From an uncultured Planctomycetota bacterium (GTDB lineage Bacteria > Planctomycetota > Planctomycetia > Isosphaerales > Isosphaeraceae), in contig CAWGMQ010000010.1 of the NCBI GenBank assembly GCA_963823665.1, positions 160,001 through 224,000 of the forward strand: a stretch of 64,000 nucleotides of DNA, read 5' to 3'. The notes beneath the pieces were generated by a model. It was not told where the DNA came from. It worked only from the letters and a program-made list of their open reading frames with translations, and ran no database searches. Shown in pieces: positions 39,287 through 50,874 of this stretch. The stretch's first letter is position 1, and each line of letters begins with the position of its first letter. The position numbers and the translations under genes are program-made.

Positions 39287-40908
39287 ATGTTCAGATCACT
39301 CACGATACTCCAGAAGGCGATCCTGATCGTTTCGATCCCCGTGCTTGCGCAGGGGATCTTCATCGGCATCCTGCTCACGTCCATGTCGGAAGGCGCCAGG
39401 GCGCAGAAGTGGGCGGTCCATACCAAGGAGGTGATCGCCAGGACAGAGGAAAGCTACCGCCTGTTGATCGGAGGTTATGCGGGCATGCGCAACCTGATCG
39501 TCCTCGAACAGCCGATCGAGCGCGATCCGTTCGTCGATGACTTTATTCGTGTAAGCGCCACCCTGGCCGAGCTCCGAGAGCTCGTGGCCGACAACCCTGC
39601 TCAGCAGGCTAGAGTCGATGACATCGCTGCCCGCGCCCGCGCGATCTCCAGTGGACTCGCCGGCATCGGGCGCCAGCTAAGAGCCGGGCAGCGCGACCAC
39701 GCCGTTCTTGGCCTTGATGAAGCGGCTCTGGCGATCGCAAGCGTGCGAAAAGAGATCGACGCCATGCTCGAGGACGAATCGCGGCTCGACCTCGCGCGAA
39801 TGAGCACGATGCGCCGCTCGAATTCCTGGCATTTCTGGATCTTGATCTGCGGCGGCGGCGCCATCCTGGCGCTGACCCTCCTCCTGGCCCTGGTCTTCTT
39901 TCAAGGCGTGGTCAGGCGGCTCGAAGTCTTGACCGAAAACTCCCGGCGCCTTGCCGAGGGCAGCCCGCTCAATCGCCCCTTGAGGGGCGGCGACGAGCTC
40001 GCGGTCCTGGACCGAGCTTTTCGGGAGATGGCTTCGACCTTGCTCGAGCAGAGAAAGGAGAACGAGATGTTTGTCTATAGCGTCTCGCACGATCTCCGTT
40101 CTCCACTCATCAATCTTCAGGGCTTTGCTGGCGAGCTCAAACTGGCCGCCCAGGAGCTCGGCCGGCTTTTCGACGACGACGAGATGCCGCCGCGCCTGAG
40201 AGATGAGGGCCGCAAGCTGATCACGGGCACTGTGGCCGAATCGGTCAGGTTTCTGCACGCGGCCGTCGATCGCCTGGCGGGCATCATCGACGCCCTCCTG
40301 CGCCTTCGCGCGCCGGCAGAGTGCCCTTCCAGTGGCAAATGCTCGAGGTCGGTGCGATCGTTCAGAAAGTCGTCGACGCACTGCGCGACAGCATCAAATC
40401 GAAACGGGCCGAAATAACGATCCCTTTTCTGCCGACGGCCTGGGGCGACCCCACCGCGGTCGAGCAGATCTTCGCCAATCTGCTTGATAATGCCGTTCGC
40501 TACCTCGACCCGGCTCGGCCGGGCCGGATCGAGGTGGGCACCATTCCGCCGGACCGGGGAGACGGCCTGTCCGACCTCCGGGTCTACTATGTGAAGGACA
40601 ACGGATTCGGCATTCCGCTGGCCTATCAGAACCGGATCTTCACGGCGTTCAACCGCCTGCATCCCGACGCGGCACAGGGCGAAGGGGTCGGGCTCGTTCT
40701 GGTGCGCCGGATGGTCGAGCGGCACGGAGGAAGGATCTGGCTGGAATCGAACGCCGGCGTGGGCACAACGTTTTTTGTCGCTCTGCCCGCCCGGCCCCTC
40801 GAAGGCGTCCAGTTCTCTCGTGGACAAAAGAATTCGGAACAACATACCGTGCAGGAAGGCCTTGGGCATGACACCAGAACCAATCTTGATCGTGTTGGCC
40901 GAGGATGA
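39287..40908 (+). CDS. CHASE3-HAMP sensor histidine kinase; frameshift ~40308
   Basis: WAVHTKEV, VADNPAQQAR, YSVSHDLRSPL, ANLLDNAVRY, DNGFGI, GEGVGL. Confidence 0.85.
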
Positions 40909-41317
40909 CGACGGCCACGCGACACTCGTCGAGCGCAACCTCGTCCGGGTGGGCGTCGCCAACAAGATCCTCCGCCTGAAGGACGGCCAGGAGGCGATCG
41001 ATTTCTTCACGGCGCACGCCAGCGTCGCCCTGACTTCGCCGCGCTCGATCCTGCTTCTGCTCGACATCAAGATGCCGCGGGTCGACGGGATCGAGGTGCT
41101 CCGGCACCTCAAGTCCGACCCTCAGACGGCAACGATCCCGGTGATCGTGCTCACGACAACCGACGACCCCCGCGAGATCCAGCGCTGCTACGAGCTGGGT
41201 TGCAGCGTGTACATCACCAAGCCGGTCGACTATCAGGCCTTTGTCGAGGCGGTAAACCGGCTGGGCCTCTTTCTTCAGGTCGTTCGCATTCCCGACTTCG
41301 GTCAGACCGGACCCTGA
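40868..41317 (+). CDS. Single-domain response regulator (Rcp1-like)
   Basis: LAEDDDGHA, LLDIKMP, LTTTDDPREIQRCYELG, YITKP. Confidence 0.9.
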   Translation: MTPEPILIVLAEDDDGHATLVERNLVRVGVANKILRLKDGQEAIDFFTAHASVALTSPRSILLLLDIKMPRVDGIEVLRHLKSDPQTATIPVIVLTTTDDPREIQRCYELGCSVYITKPVDYQAFVEAVNRLGLFLQVVRIPDFGQTGP

Positions 41318-41331
41318 GGGTAGAATCGCAC

Positions 41332-44131
41332 ATGGGAGCACGTAGCCAGGCACGGATCCTGCTCGTCGAGGATGATCAAGGCGTCGCCCGGCTCGAGCAG
41401 CTAGAGCTCGAGCGCGCAGGCTACTCCGTGGTCACGGCGACTACAGCGTCCGCGTGTCTCGAACGAGTGGCCGCGGGAGGCATTGATCTCATCGTCCTGG
41501 ACCAGCAGCTCGATGCCGGCTTGACCGGCTTGGACCTCTTCCGCCAGATCAAAGAGGCCGGCCAGGATGTGCCCGCCATCCTGGTCACCGGTCTTCAGGA
41601 CGAGAATCTGCTCGTCGAGGCGCTGCGCGCGGGAGTGCGCGACTTCGTCCCCAAGACTCCCAACTTTCTCAATCACCTCGAGCCGATCGTGAGCCGCGTG
41701 ATCCGCCAGGTGAGCACCGAGCGCGACCTCGCCGAATCGCGCATCCTGGCCCGCGAAAGCGAAGCCCGCCGCCGCGAGCTCGAGCACGAGATCGCCAGCC
41801 GCAAGCGCGTCGAGCAGGCGCTTCGCGAGGCGGAAGAAAGCCTGCGGCTCATGGTCGAGAGCATCAAGGATTTCGCGATCTTCACCGTCGATCCCGACGG
41901 CAGTATCGTCACCTGGAACTCGGGTGCCGATCAGCTCTTCGGTTATGCAGAAGCAGACATCATCGGCCAGAAGATCGCGGTGCTCTTTCCCCCCGAGGAT
42001 CGCGCCGCAGGAATCCCCGAGCAGGAAATCGCCGCCGCCGCCGCCACCGGCCGCGCAACCGACGAGCGCTGGCACATCCGCAAGGACGGCAGCCGGTTCT
42101 TCGCCAGCGGCGTGCTCGCACCGATCTTTGACGAAGACTCGAAGTTGAGAGGCTTCACCAAGATCGCTCGCGACATCACCCGACGAAAGCACGCCGAGGA
42201 GGCCGTGCGCGAGGCCGCCGTGCGGCTCGAAGGCAATCGTCGACACCGCCGCCGATGGAATCATCACGATCGACGAGCACGGATTGGTCGAGTCGATCAA
42301 CTTTGCCGCCGAGCGGATCTTCGGCTTCACTCGCGACGAAGTGGTCGGGTCGAACATCACCATGCTCATGCCCGAGCCCTATCGCAGCGAGCACGGAGGT
42401 TACCTCCTGGCCTATTTGACGACCGGCCAGCAGCGGATCATTGGCTCGGTTCGCGAAGTCATGGGCCTCCGTAAGGACGGCTCGACGTTTCCCATGGAGC
42501 TGGCCGTGAGCGAGACCCTCCTGGGCCAGCGCCGCATCTTCACCGGCATCGTTCGCGACATGACCGAATTCAAGAAGTCGCTCGCCGAGCGGAACCGGCT
42601 GGTCACCGAGCTGGGCGCCGAGCGCGCCTTGCTCAACAGCCTGCTCGACAAGGCCCCGGTCGGCCTTGGCTTTTTCGATTCCGATCTCCACTTCCTGCGC
42701 ATCAACCCCGCACTCCAGGAGATGGCCGCCCTTGACTTTGCGGATCGACCGGGCCAGACACTCCAGGACGCCTTCCCGGCACTCGCAAGCGATTTCTGCG
42801 AAGCCCTTGAAGAGGTGCTTTCAACCGGCCAGAGCATCATCAACAAGGAAATCGCCTTCGAGACTGCAGGAAAAACCGGCCCCGCTCGCTACTGGCTCTG
42901 CAGCTTCTACCCCGTAAAAACCCCCGACGGCACCATCTTGGGCGTCGGCTCCGTGGTTGCCGACATCGACGACCGCAAGCGAATGGAAAAAGCACTGCTG
43001 GATGCCGACCAGCGCAAGGATCACTTCCTCGCCATGCTCGCGCACGAGCTGCGAAACCCACTGGCTCCCATCAGCAACGCCGTTCAGATCATGCGCATCG
43101 AAGGACCGGGCGGGGCCAACCTGGAATGGTCGATCGACGTCATCGCCGATCAGATCAAGCACATGACCCGCATCGTCGACGACCTGCTCGACGTCTCCAG
43201 GATCACCCGAGGAACGGTCTCGCTGCGCAAGGAGTCGATCGAGCTCGAACGGGTCGTCGAGCTCGCCGTCCAGGCCAGCCAGCCGGTGCTCGAGGACTAT
43301 GAGCACGAGCTTCGCATCACGCTTCCACCGCAAACCGTCGTCCTCGACGTCGACCCCGCGCGCCTGGCGCAGGTACTCAGCAATCTGCTCAACAACGCCG
43401 CCAAGTACACACCGGAGGGGGGCCGGATCGAGCTGACCGCGGCTCTGGCGGGCTCCGATGTCCTCGTGACCGTCAAGGATAACGGCATCGGCATCGCGCC
43501 CGAGCTCCTCCCCAAACTCTTCGATATGTTCGTCCAGGCCGATCAAACCCTCTCGCGCTCGCGCGGCGGCCTGGGAATCGGGCTCACGGTCGTCCGCTCC
43601 CTGGTCGAGATGCATGAAGGAACCGTGAGCGTGCACAGCGACGGACCCGGAACAGGGAGCGAGTTCACCTTCCGCATCCCCCTGGCGGAATCATCGGCCG
43701 TCGCCGTCGCCAAGACGAAAGTGCACCCCGAGGGCCCCGCACGCACGCTACCGCGACGGCGAATTCTCGTCGTCGATGATAATCTCCGAAACGCGGCGAG
43801 CCTCGAAAAACTGCTCACTGCGCTCGGGCAGGAAGTCCACACTTCATACGATGGACGCGACGCCCTGGAGATGGCCCGCATCCACCATCCCGACGTCATC
43901 CTGCTCGATATCGGCCTCCCCATCATGGACGGCTACGAAGTGGCCCGTCGCTGCCGCGACAATCCTGCCTTGTCGAAAATCATCCTGGTCGCCATGACCG
44001 GCTACGGCAAAGCCGAAGACAGGCGGCGCTCGCAGCTCGCGGGATTCAACGCACACCTCGTCAAGCCCGTCGGCCTCGAAGACCTTGCACTCCTCCTCGA
44101 GCACACCGCGACGAACGCCCCATCGTGTTGA
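41332..44131 (+). CDS. REC-PAS-PAS-PAS-HisKA-HATPase-REC hybrid kinase; +1 frameshift at ~42229
   Basis: ILLVEDD; three PAS domains; LAHELRNPLAP; NLLNNAAKYT; GGLGIGL; C-terminal REC. Confidence 0.9.
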
Positions 44132-45063
44132 GGCCCCCGACCCTGGGCCCCGTCGAACCTCAGTCTCCGCCCGCCTCACCAGGTCCGCATCCCAACTGGC
44201 GGACGCCCGATTCACTTGGCGCGCTCGCACGCATTCGCGCATGGTTCGCCATATGACGCAGATAGCACAGCCACGAACAACACTCCTCCGAGCAATGCCG
44301 GCAAAAAACACCGTTGCGCAGCCCCCCGCCACACTCCGGGCACTTATCGCCATCCATACGAGATTGGCTGTCCACCGTTTCTCCTGGAAAGCTCCCTCAC
44401 AAACGCACGGCCATCCTCACGCCCTCCGCTATCCCAACCTGCTCTCTCCCGAGAACCACCTCCAGAACCCCGCCACATATTAAGCTATGCACCTCTCGTG
44501 CCGTGACGAAGAGCGCACCCACCCGAGCGCTTCACGACTGCCGTCCACCTCGTCTCACGATCCTGAGGAACAGGCTGACATTAACGTCCTGATTTCGACA
44601 TCAACCCTACCCCGAAGCAAAGCCCTCGTTTGGCGCATCCCGTCGGAATGATCTCCCGCTCCGCGGCCCGCTTCATGTGAATCGGCGGAAGTTGTTCCCG
44701 ACTCGCTCCTAAGAATGCAAGCGTGCATGGTGCCATGAAAGGCGGCCACGCGGCGGTTGAGAAGCAATATAGAACACAAAGTTGCTTCCGGGGCTCGGTG
44801 TTGGTTTAGTGCCACATCGGGCGTGGTTTCCGTTGTAGGAAAGCGACTTCGTGCGGGTTTATCCGGAAACGTGCCTTGAATAAGAACTTTCTCGGGCTAT
44901 TCTCGACCACTGCGACGCGGTGATGCAGCTTATTCTTGCACTCCGGGTACGAAGGGAATCGGCTTCCGCCTCATGTTTCATGACGCGCTCGCGTGTGTTG
45001 CTAGAACCCCCGACTCGAGACATTGGCGTTCGCTCGCTTCTTCATTTGAACCGGAGGGAAACC

Positions 45064-46563
45064 ATGCCCAGACATCGCGCCAGACGTGATCGCACCGGTC
45101 CGCCCACCAGCCGAAAACGCGCCCTTGCGCCGATCCCCGAGATTCTGGAGGGCCGCCTGCTCCTCTATGCGGCCTTGGGCGACCAGTTTGTCTACAGCAG
45201 TCGCATCACCTATAGCTTTATGCCCGACGGCACCAACGTTGGTGGCGTGCCCAGCGCCCTCTTTGCGACATTGAATGCCAAGTACCCGACCGCAACCTGG
45301 GAGGCGCAGATCGAACAGGCCGCCTCGATCTGGGAAAACGCCGCCAATCTTAACCTGGCGCTCGTTTCCGACGGCGGCGAAGCCGTGGGCAGCTCGGGCG
45401 ACCAGCAAGACGATCCTCGATTCGGAGACATCCGCATCGGTGCCGTCCCCTTGGGCTCCGGCACGCTGGCAGTGACGTTCCTCCCTCCGCCGGCCAATGG
45501 CGGAACCGATGCTGGCGACATCCTGCTGAACTCGAACATCAACTGGCAGGTCAACTCGAACTATGACCTGATGACCGTGATGGCCCACGAATTCGGCCAT
45601 GCCCTCGGGCTGGGCGACGTGTCCAGCCCCACGGACCCTTACCCGGTGATGTATGGCGAATATGAAGGAATCAACCAGGCGCTCACCGCCGACGACACCG
45701 CCGGCATCCAGGCCGTCGACGGGGTGCGCCAGTTCGACGCTTATAATGTCGGGGGCAAGCGCAACCTTTCCTACCTGACGGCGCCGAACATCTCGGGCAA
45801 TTTCGGCAGCAACGCCCAGCTCGCGATCCCGTCGCTGGATATCACGACCGGCGGCGACAGCGAGTGGTTCTACCTCACGGTTCCCTCGACCACGACAGGC
45901 ACGATGACCGTGAGCGTCCAGTCGACCAACTTGAGCTCCCTCTCACCCAAGCTAATGGTCTACAACTCCTCGCTGGGTCTGGTCGATCAGGCGCTGGCTG
46001 CCAATTCGATGGGCGCCACCGTCAGCGTCAGCACCAGCGTCGCCGCGAACCAGGGCTACTACATCAAGGTACTGGCCGCGCCCGGTTATGGGTCCATCGG
46101 CAGCTACGGGCTGCTCGTCAACGCCGGCTCGCAGTCACAGGCCGCCATTCCTCCGCCGAATACATATGTCGCACAGCAGCCCGATCAGAGCGGCGGCTCA
46201 ATCACCAACGGCGTCACGCCAACCGGTGGCGCAAACACGCCCCCGCTGCCTCCGGGCGCGGTCCTCATGACCATCGGTAACCTGAGCGGATGGGCCTTGG
46301 GCTTCACCAGCCCGCCAGTTGCGCCGACGACTTCACCCCCCGAATCGCCGTCCAGCCCGGCGCCTCCGCCAGCAAGCCCGAGTCCGACCGCTCCTACTGT
46401 CCCTATCGCCGCGCCCAGCCCGGTCCCGGTCACGCCGGTCTTTTCATCCTCCCGGCACCACGCCAAGGTGAAACACCACAACCTGCCAAAAGCTGCCGTC
46501 ACGCACCGGATCAAGCTCGTGACCGATCACCATCACAAACCGAAGTCCCATCGCGACCACTAA
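45064..46563 (+). CDS. Matrixin-like (M10) metallopeptidase with planctomycete LExRxLL leader motif
   Basis: GGAGGG RBS; PEILEGRLLL; FGDIRI; HEFGHALGLGD; Met-turn PVMY; Pro-rich and His/Lys-rich tail. Confidence 0.8.
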   Translation: MPRHRARRDRTGPPTSRKRALAPIPEILEGRLLLYAALGDQFVYSSRITYSFMPDGTNVGGVPSALFATLNAKYPTATWEAQIEQAASIWENAANLNLALVSDGGEAVGSSGDQQDDPRFGDIRIGAVPLGSGTLAVTFLPPPANGGTDAGDILLNSNINWQVNSNYDLMTVMAHEFGHALGLGDVSSPTDPYPVMYGEYEGINQALTADDTAGIQAVDGVRQFDAYNVGGKRNLSYLTAPNISGNFGSNAQLAIPSLDITTGGDSEWFYLTVPSTTTGTMTVSVQSTNLSSLSPKLMVYNSSLGLVDQALAANSMGATVSVSTSVAANQGYYIKVLAAPGYGSIGSYGLLVNAGSQSQAAIPPPNTYVAQQPDQSGGSITNGVTPTGGANTPPLPPGAVLMTIGNLSGWALGFTSPPVAPTTSPPESPSSPAPPPASPSPTAPTVPIAAPSPVPVTPVFSSSRHHAKVKHHNLPKAAVTHRIKLVTDHHHKPKSHRDH

Positions 46564-46853
46564 AAAAGATCACCCGCGCCGATCCGGGGCAGGCATGCCC
46601 TGTCCCGGTTCGCACGCGGGTGATTCGTTCCCCGCTTTGTTCATCTCCTCAGCGATTCGCCCGGCTCTCCCGCTCGACCGCGCCTTGGCTCGCTGAGCCC
46701 GTTCGTGTGCCCGCGCCTTCCTGCACCATCTTGCGGCACGATTCTTCGCACCGCCGGCACTCATCCGCGCACATCTTCATTTCATCACCAGAATCGCGCA
46801 CGACTCATCAGTCTTGACCGCTTGTGCAGTCGCCCGGAACCGGTCGAACGCAG

Positions 46854-46895
46854 AAAACGGCGCGAGCCAGCGCTCGTGAACACTGGCTCGCGCCG
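46854..46895 (-). terminator. Intrinsic terminator after the CsbD-like gene
   Basis: 13 bp stem cggcgcgagccag/ctggctcgcgccg followed by TTTT on the minus strand. Confidence 0.7.
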
Positions 46896-46920
46896 CGATG
46901 TCACGGCTTCGGTTGATCGG

Positions 46921-47373
46921 CTAGCGGGAGCGCAAAGCCAAGCCGACCACGACGCCCAGAAGGACGCCGGCTCCGAACGCCGTGGCGACCGATCGGGTGG
47001 GATTATCGCGGATCATGTCCCGCGACACTTCGTATCCCCGTTCGAATTCGCCGGAAATCCGGTTGTACCCTTCGCGCGCCTGGTGGGCCACGCGATCATA
47101 CCCCTCGCGGGCGCCTTCCGCGGCCTGACGTACATACTGGCCAGCGCTTTCCGCGGCTTGCGAGATCGCCGAGGCACCCTGCGCGGTCAGTTCGTCCAGG
47201 AACCCCTCGACTGCTTCTCGGGCTTCTCCCGTCTTGTGCTGAATTCGCCCGATGAGCTGATCGATATTTCCGTTGGCGAATCTCAAGTCGTCGTCGGTCA
47301 ATTGACCCCACTTCTTCTTGAGCTGCCCGCGCACCTGGTTCCACTGACCTTGCAATACTTGTGTGTTGACCAT
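46921..47373 (-). CDS. CsbD-family protein with ElaB/DUF883-like C-terminal anchor
   Basis: GQWNQVRGQLKKKWGQLTDDDL...QLIGRIQHKTG; IRDNPTRSVATAFGAGVLLG. Confidence 0.9.
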   Translation of the reverse strand: MVNTQVLQGQWNQVRGQLKKKWGQLTDDDLRFANGNIDQLIGRIQHKTGEAREAVEGFLDELTAQGASAISQAAESAGQYVRQAAEGAREGYDRVAHQAREGYNRISGEFERGYEVSRDMIRDNPTRSVATAFGAGVLLGVVVGLALRSR

Positions 47374-47441
47374 GGAAACGGTCTCCTCCCCATTGATTGC
47401 GTTAGAAGCCTGGATTCCTGCTGTTCCCTGCTCAGGGGCCG

Positions 47442-47645
47442 CTAGTTCTTCTTCTCCGCCGGTGCCAGCGGCGGATTCTCACCCTTCTTGTCGATCGTCG
47501 TCTCGGTATGCTGGCGCGTGGTGCCGTCAGGCGTCTTGATTGTCGTGTCCGTCTTGACGCCACTCTCGTCGGCGCAGCCGGAGAAGGCGATCGTGAATCC
47601 GCAGAGTACCGCCGGAGCAAGAAGAGCACTGATAGCTTTACGCAT
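47442..47645 (-). CDS. Small lipoprotein
   Basis: GAGG RBS; MRKAISALLAPAVLCGFTIAFSGC lipobox. Confidence 0.7.
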   Translation of the reverse strand: MRKAISALLAPAVLCGFTIAFSGCADESGVKTDTTIKTPDGTTRQHTETTIDKKGENPPLAPAEKKN

Positions 47646-47728
47646 CTCTTTTCCTCAGATGTTAAGCTCTTGACGGCATGCAACCCCGCTCGGAGTCCGT
47701 CATTTGCCGTCATCGCCGGGAGATACAT

Positions 47729-47841
47729 TGCAACAACCGTGCCGATCGCGGCGATTCTCGAGCCACCGCCGGCCAACACGTACACTGATCCCCCGCGGAC
47801 CGCGCCACATAATGACGGCGCCAATCGGCACATGGCTTGCA
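47729..47841. promoter_or_regulatory. Divergent pair of sigma-54 promoters
   Basis: Minus CGGCACG-GTTG-TTGCA (47744-47729); plus CGGCACA-TGGC-TTGCA (47826-47841). Confidence 0.7.
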
Positions 47842-47936
47842 TAGAATAGAACCAGCAGGCCGCGCAAGTGCGGGCAGGCACCAGAGCCCGCCTTTGATAC
47901 GTTGGCGGCACACAGCAAACCCGAGCGAGCCCAGCG

Positions 47937-48464
47937 ATGGCAACGTCGAGAGCGGGTGGTGGAACAGATCTGAGCGAGCTGCAGCGGCAGATGGCCCAGA
48001 TCCGTCACGAAATGCACGAGGAGGTCAGAGGAGCGGTGCGCGGCGCACAGTCCTTGACCGATTGGCGACGCATCGTCGCAAATCACCCATGGGCCGCGCT
48101 CGGAATCGCCGCCGCCGCGGGGTTTCTGGTCGTCCCCTCGCGCCGCGCCAGGCGCATGGATCAGTCGCTGCCCACGACGGCCCTTGCCCAGGCAACCCAG
48201 AGCCCGGCGCCGTATCGCGGCGTACCTTCGCCGGTAGCGGGTCTGGGCGTGCTGCGTACCGCGCTCGGGCTCCTCACTCCTGTCATCGCCAGGGCGGCTC
48301 AGAACTACGCGCTCAATCAGATCGAGCACTGGCTCGCCGAAAATGCGTTCCGATTCAAGGAAATGGCGGAGGCTCGCGCGGCCGAAACGGTGCAAGCCCC
48401 GCGTGCGGATCAGAGTCGCGTCGCCCCAACGATCCCTTTTCGAGACCGCCTCGAGCGACCTTGA
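47937..48464 (+). CDS. Hypothetical protein (coiled coil plus HPW-type membrane anchor)
   Basis: ELQRQMAQIRHEM...DWRRIVANHPWAALGIAAAAGFLVVP. Confidence 0.7.
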   Translation: MATSRAGGGTDLSELQRQMAQIRHEMHEEVRGAVRGAQSLTDWRRIVANHPWAALGIAAAAGFLVVPSRRARRMDQSLPTTALAQATQSPAPYRGVPSPVAGLGVLRTALGLLTPVIARAAQNYALNQIEHWLAENAFRFKEMAEARAAETVQAPRADQSRVAPTIPFRDRLERP

Positions 48465-48540
48465 CCGAGGAACGATCACCTTCGCCGGCAAGAGTGATCG
48501 CCGGCCTTTCCAGCAAACCCTCGTTCAAAAGGAAAAGATC

Positions 48541-48780
48541 ATGTTCTCATTTTCTCGATCAGCGCATTCCGGCAATGGAAGTCACGGCCATTCAGGCACA
48601 GCCGTTGATCTCGCTGACGAAGCGCGGCAGGCACTCGATCAAGCCGGCCAGCAGGTGCGAGACCGCTTCGGCGACCTCGAAGAAATGGTGGAAACGTGGG
48701 TGAAGACTCGTCCCGGACTGACTCTCGGAGCCGCGCTAGCGGTAGGAGTGGTGATCGGATGGCTGATCAAGAGGCGCTGA
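48541..48780 (+). CDS. DUF883/ElaB-like small membrane-anchored protein
   Basis: WVKTRPGLTLGAALAVGVVIGWLIKRR. Confidence 0.7.
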   Translation: MFSFSRSAHSGNGSHGHSGTAVDLADEARQALDQAGQQVRDRFGDLEEMVETWVKTRPGLTLGAALAVGVVIGWLIKRR

Positions 48781-49280
48781 GCCAGCACAACGGATCGGGC
48801 AGCTCGGCGAGATTCGCCGCCGGCCTTCGCGACTCCGGTGGTCGCTCGCCTCAGCCGGTGCGAACCGAGGCGGCGGCCGGCGAAGTGGTGAGCAATGTCG
48901 CCGGCTTCGGCGAGAATCTGCTCAATCTGGCCGAGCTCCAAGCTCGCATGGCCGCGGTCGAGCTGCGCCAGAACGTGAGTGCCATGAAGGCCGCCGGCAC
49001 CGTGCTCGCGGCCGCCGCGCTCCTTGCAGTGGCCTCGTTCCCGGTCGTGCTGGCGGGCATCGCCGAGCTTCTGGTCTCGGAGCTCGCGTGGCGACGCGGT
49101 CATGCCCTCCTCACGGTGGGCTTGGCCACGATCGGCATCGCCGCGCTTGTCGCCGTCACAGCGGCCGTCTGGCTCAGGCGCCAGCAATTCGGGTTCCCGT
49201 TGTCGGCCGAGGAGTTCACCCGAAACCTGAACTGGGTGCACACGGTGTTGCGCTTGAGCGGGCGCCGCCCGACGCGGTGA
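48759..49280 (+). CDS. Phage-holin-like (YqjE-type) membrane protein
   Basis: LLNLAELQARMAAVE followed by two TM segments; overlaps the previous gene. Confidence 0.7.
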   Translation: MADQEALSQHNGSGSSARFAAGLRDSGGRSPQPVRTEAAAGEVVSNVAGFGENLLNLAELQARMAAVELRQNVSAMKAAGTVLAAAALLAVASFPVVLAGIAELLVSELAWRRGHALLTVGLATIGIAALVAVTAAVWLRRQQFGFPLSAEEFTRNLNWVHTVLRLSGRRPTR

Positions 49281-49296
49281 AGCTGAACGACCGGAA

Positions 49297-49746
49297 TCAG
49301 GCCGGGGTCACCGCGTCCCTGACCACCTGTCCCATCATCCGGTCCGAAAGAACCGGCGCGATATCGGCCCAGCCGATGATTCCTTGCACTTCGCCCCGGG
49401 AATCGACGACCAGAACACGCCTCACTCCCTGGGCTCGTAGCACACCACAGACCTCCTCGAGCCGGTCATCCGCTGCCACCGAGACGATTCCAGGTGTCAT
49501 GATGGATCCCACGGTTTGACTGGAGAGCTCCGGGAACTCCGAGATCGCCAGCGCAACGTCACGATCGGTCAGAACGGCCACGGGCTTGCCTTCTTCCAGG
49601 ATCGGCACCGCCCCGCAGTCGTTGTCCCGAAAAATCATCACCGCTTCCAGGACCGTGCTGAACGTCGAGCAAGTGCGCGGCGCGGCCGTCATCACATCGG
49701 CCGCCCTTATCAAATCGAGTGCCTTCCAGTCCTCGCGGTCGTTCAT
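49297..49746 (-). CDS. CBS-domain protein
   Basis: AADVMT, DCGAVPI, VLTDRD, VRRVLVVD. Confidence 0.9.
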   Translation of the reverse strand: MNDREDWKALDLIRAADVMTAAPRTCSTFSTVLEAVMIFRDNDCGAVPILEEGKPVAVLTDRDVALAISEFPELSSQTVGSIMTPGIVSVAADDRLEEVCGVLRAQGVRRVLVVDSRGEVQGIIGWADIAPVLSDRMMGQVVRDAVTPA

Positions 49747-49822
49747 GAGGGGTCATTCCTCTCGAGTATTCGATTGCGCAAACGAGCAAGCGCACGTTGC
49801 ATCTCCTGTGCACAGAAGCACC

Positions 49823-49908
49823 AGCATATCCCATACCAGATTGTTCGCCTATCCGCGGTCCCTTTGCGCGATTTCGCTCCCGCCGGGCGCGATGGCACCA
49901 CATTTGCC
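49823..49908. promoter_or_regulatory. Divergent pair of sigma-54 promoter-like motifs
   Basis: Minus TGGTATG-GGAT-ATGCT (49838-49823); plus TGGCACC-ACAT-TTGCC (49893-49908). Confidence 0.55.
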
Positions 49909-49983
49909 CTATTTGCTCCACTGACAGGAGGGCGCGCTCCGAAGTGAGAGCGCGTGCTCGATTTCGCAATGAGGAGATCAGCG

Positions 49984-50181
49984 ATGGATACAGCCTTCGA
50001 TGTGAGATACCCGAAAAATATGGTCACGGCCTCCGGCGCGGAAAGTGTCAATTGGGCCGAGTCGACAATTCATTCGGTTGTCCACTGCCTCGAGGATTAT
50101 GCGCGAGCGCGGCCGTTGTCGTTCGCAATGTGGACGTTCGGCATCGGCTTCGCGCTGGGTTGGAAGCTGAAGCCCTGGTGA
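49984..50181 (+). CDS. Small DUF883-like membrane-anchored protein
   Basis: GAGGAG RBS; YARARPLSFAMWTFGIGFALGWKLKPW. Confidence 0.7.
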   Translation: MDTAFDVRYPKNMVTASGAESVNWAESTIHSVVHCLEDYARARPLSFAMWTFGIGFALGWKLKPW

Positions 50182-50457
50182 AGCCCGACGCGTGTGACCG
50201 CGGCGGGTCTTGACCAGAACCGACCCGTGGGGCCGAACCGGCTCGACTCGGTTGAATGACGACCTCATTCGAACGCCTCCCGCCGGCCGGCCACCACGGC
50301 GGCGGGACCGCCGCTGCCCGCTGTGGCGGCGGCGATCTGGTCCCATGATCCGGCGAAAGAGCAGCTCCGGTCGCCGGTCCATGCGCGGATTTACCCAAAA
50401 TGCAATCTAAATACACTCATTCCATCAATAAAGAATAAAAATTGGTTTTAAACCATT

Positions 50458-50473
50458 TGGCACTGGGTTTGCA
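50458..50473 (+). promoter_or_regulatory. Sigma-54 promoter
   Basis: TGGCACT-GGGT-TTGCA preceded by an AT-rich tract (50395-50457). Confidence 0.75.
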
Positions 50474-50555
50474 TTTATTAGCCAGGTGTCGGGATCGGTC
50501 GGCTCGAAGCAGCGGACCGGGTCCTCTCATTCTTAGATGAACAAGGAGCCAATCG

Positions 50556-50726
50556 ATGTTGCACTATGCGGTGGTATTTCTGGTGATAGCGCTTCTGGCC
50601 GCGATCTTCGGATTCGGCGGCATTGCCGGAGCGGCTGCCGGCATTGCGAAGGTTCTGTTCTTCGTTTTCCTGGTTCTGTTTATCGTATCGCTCATCTTCG
50701 GGCGCACACGAACACCAGTTGTTTAA
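50556..50726 (+). CDS. DUF1328 (YtjA/UPF0391) small membrane protein, 56 aa, absent from the ORF track
   Basis: [58 protein letters not shown]. Confidence 0.9.
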   Translation: MLHYAVVFLVIALLAAIFGFGGIAGAAAGIAKVLFFVFLVLFIVSLIFGRTRTPVV

Positions 50727-50874
50727 GCGCCGGCCTCTTCGCAGGCCTCGGCAAATGGCCGCGGCGGGCCGGCCGGATCGTCACCACCGGCGAGAACCTG
50801 CGGGAGATTGATCCAGTTCGGATCCCTTCCCTGCGTGAGGGGAGGGAAAAACACCTTTCGAGAAGGAGTAAGCA

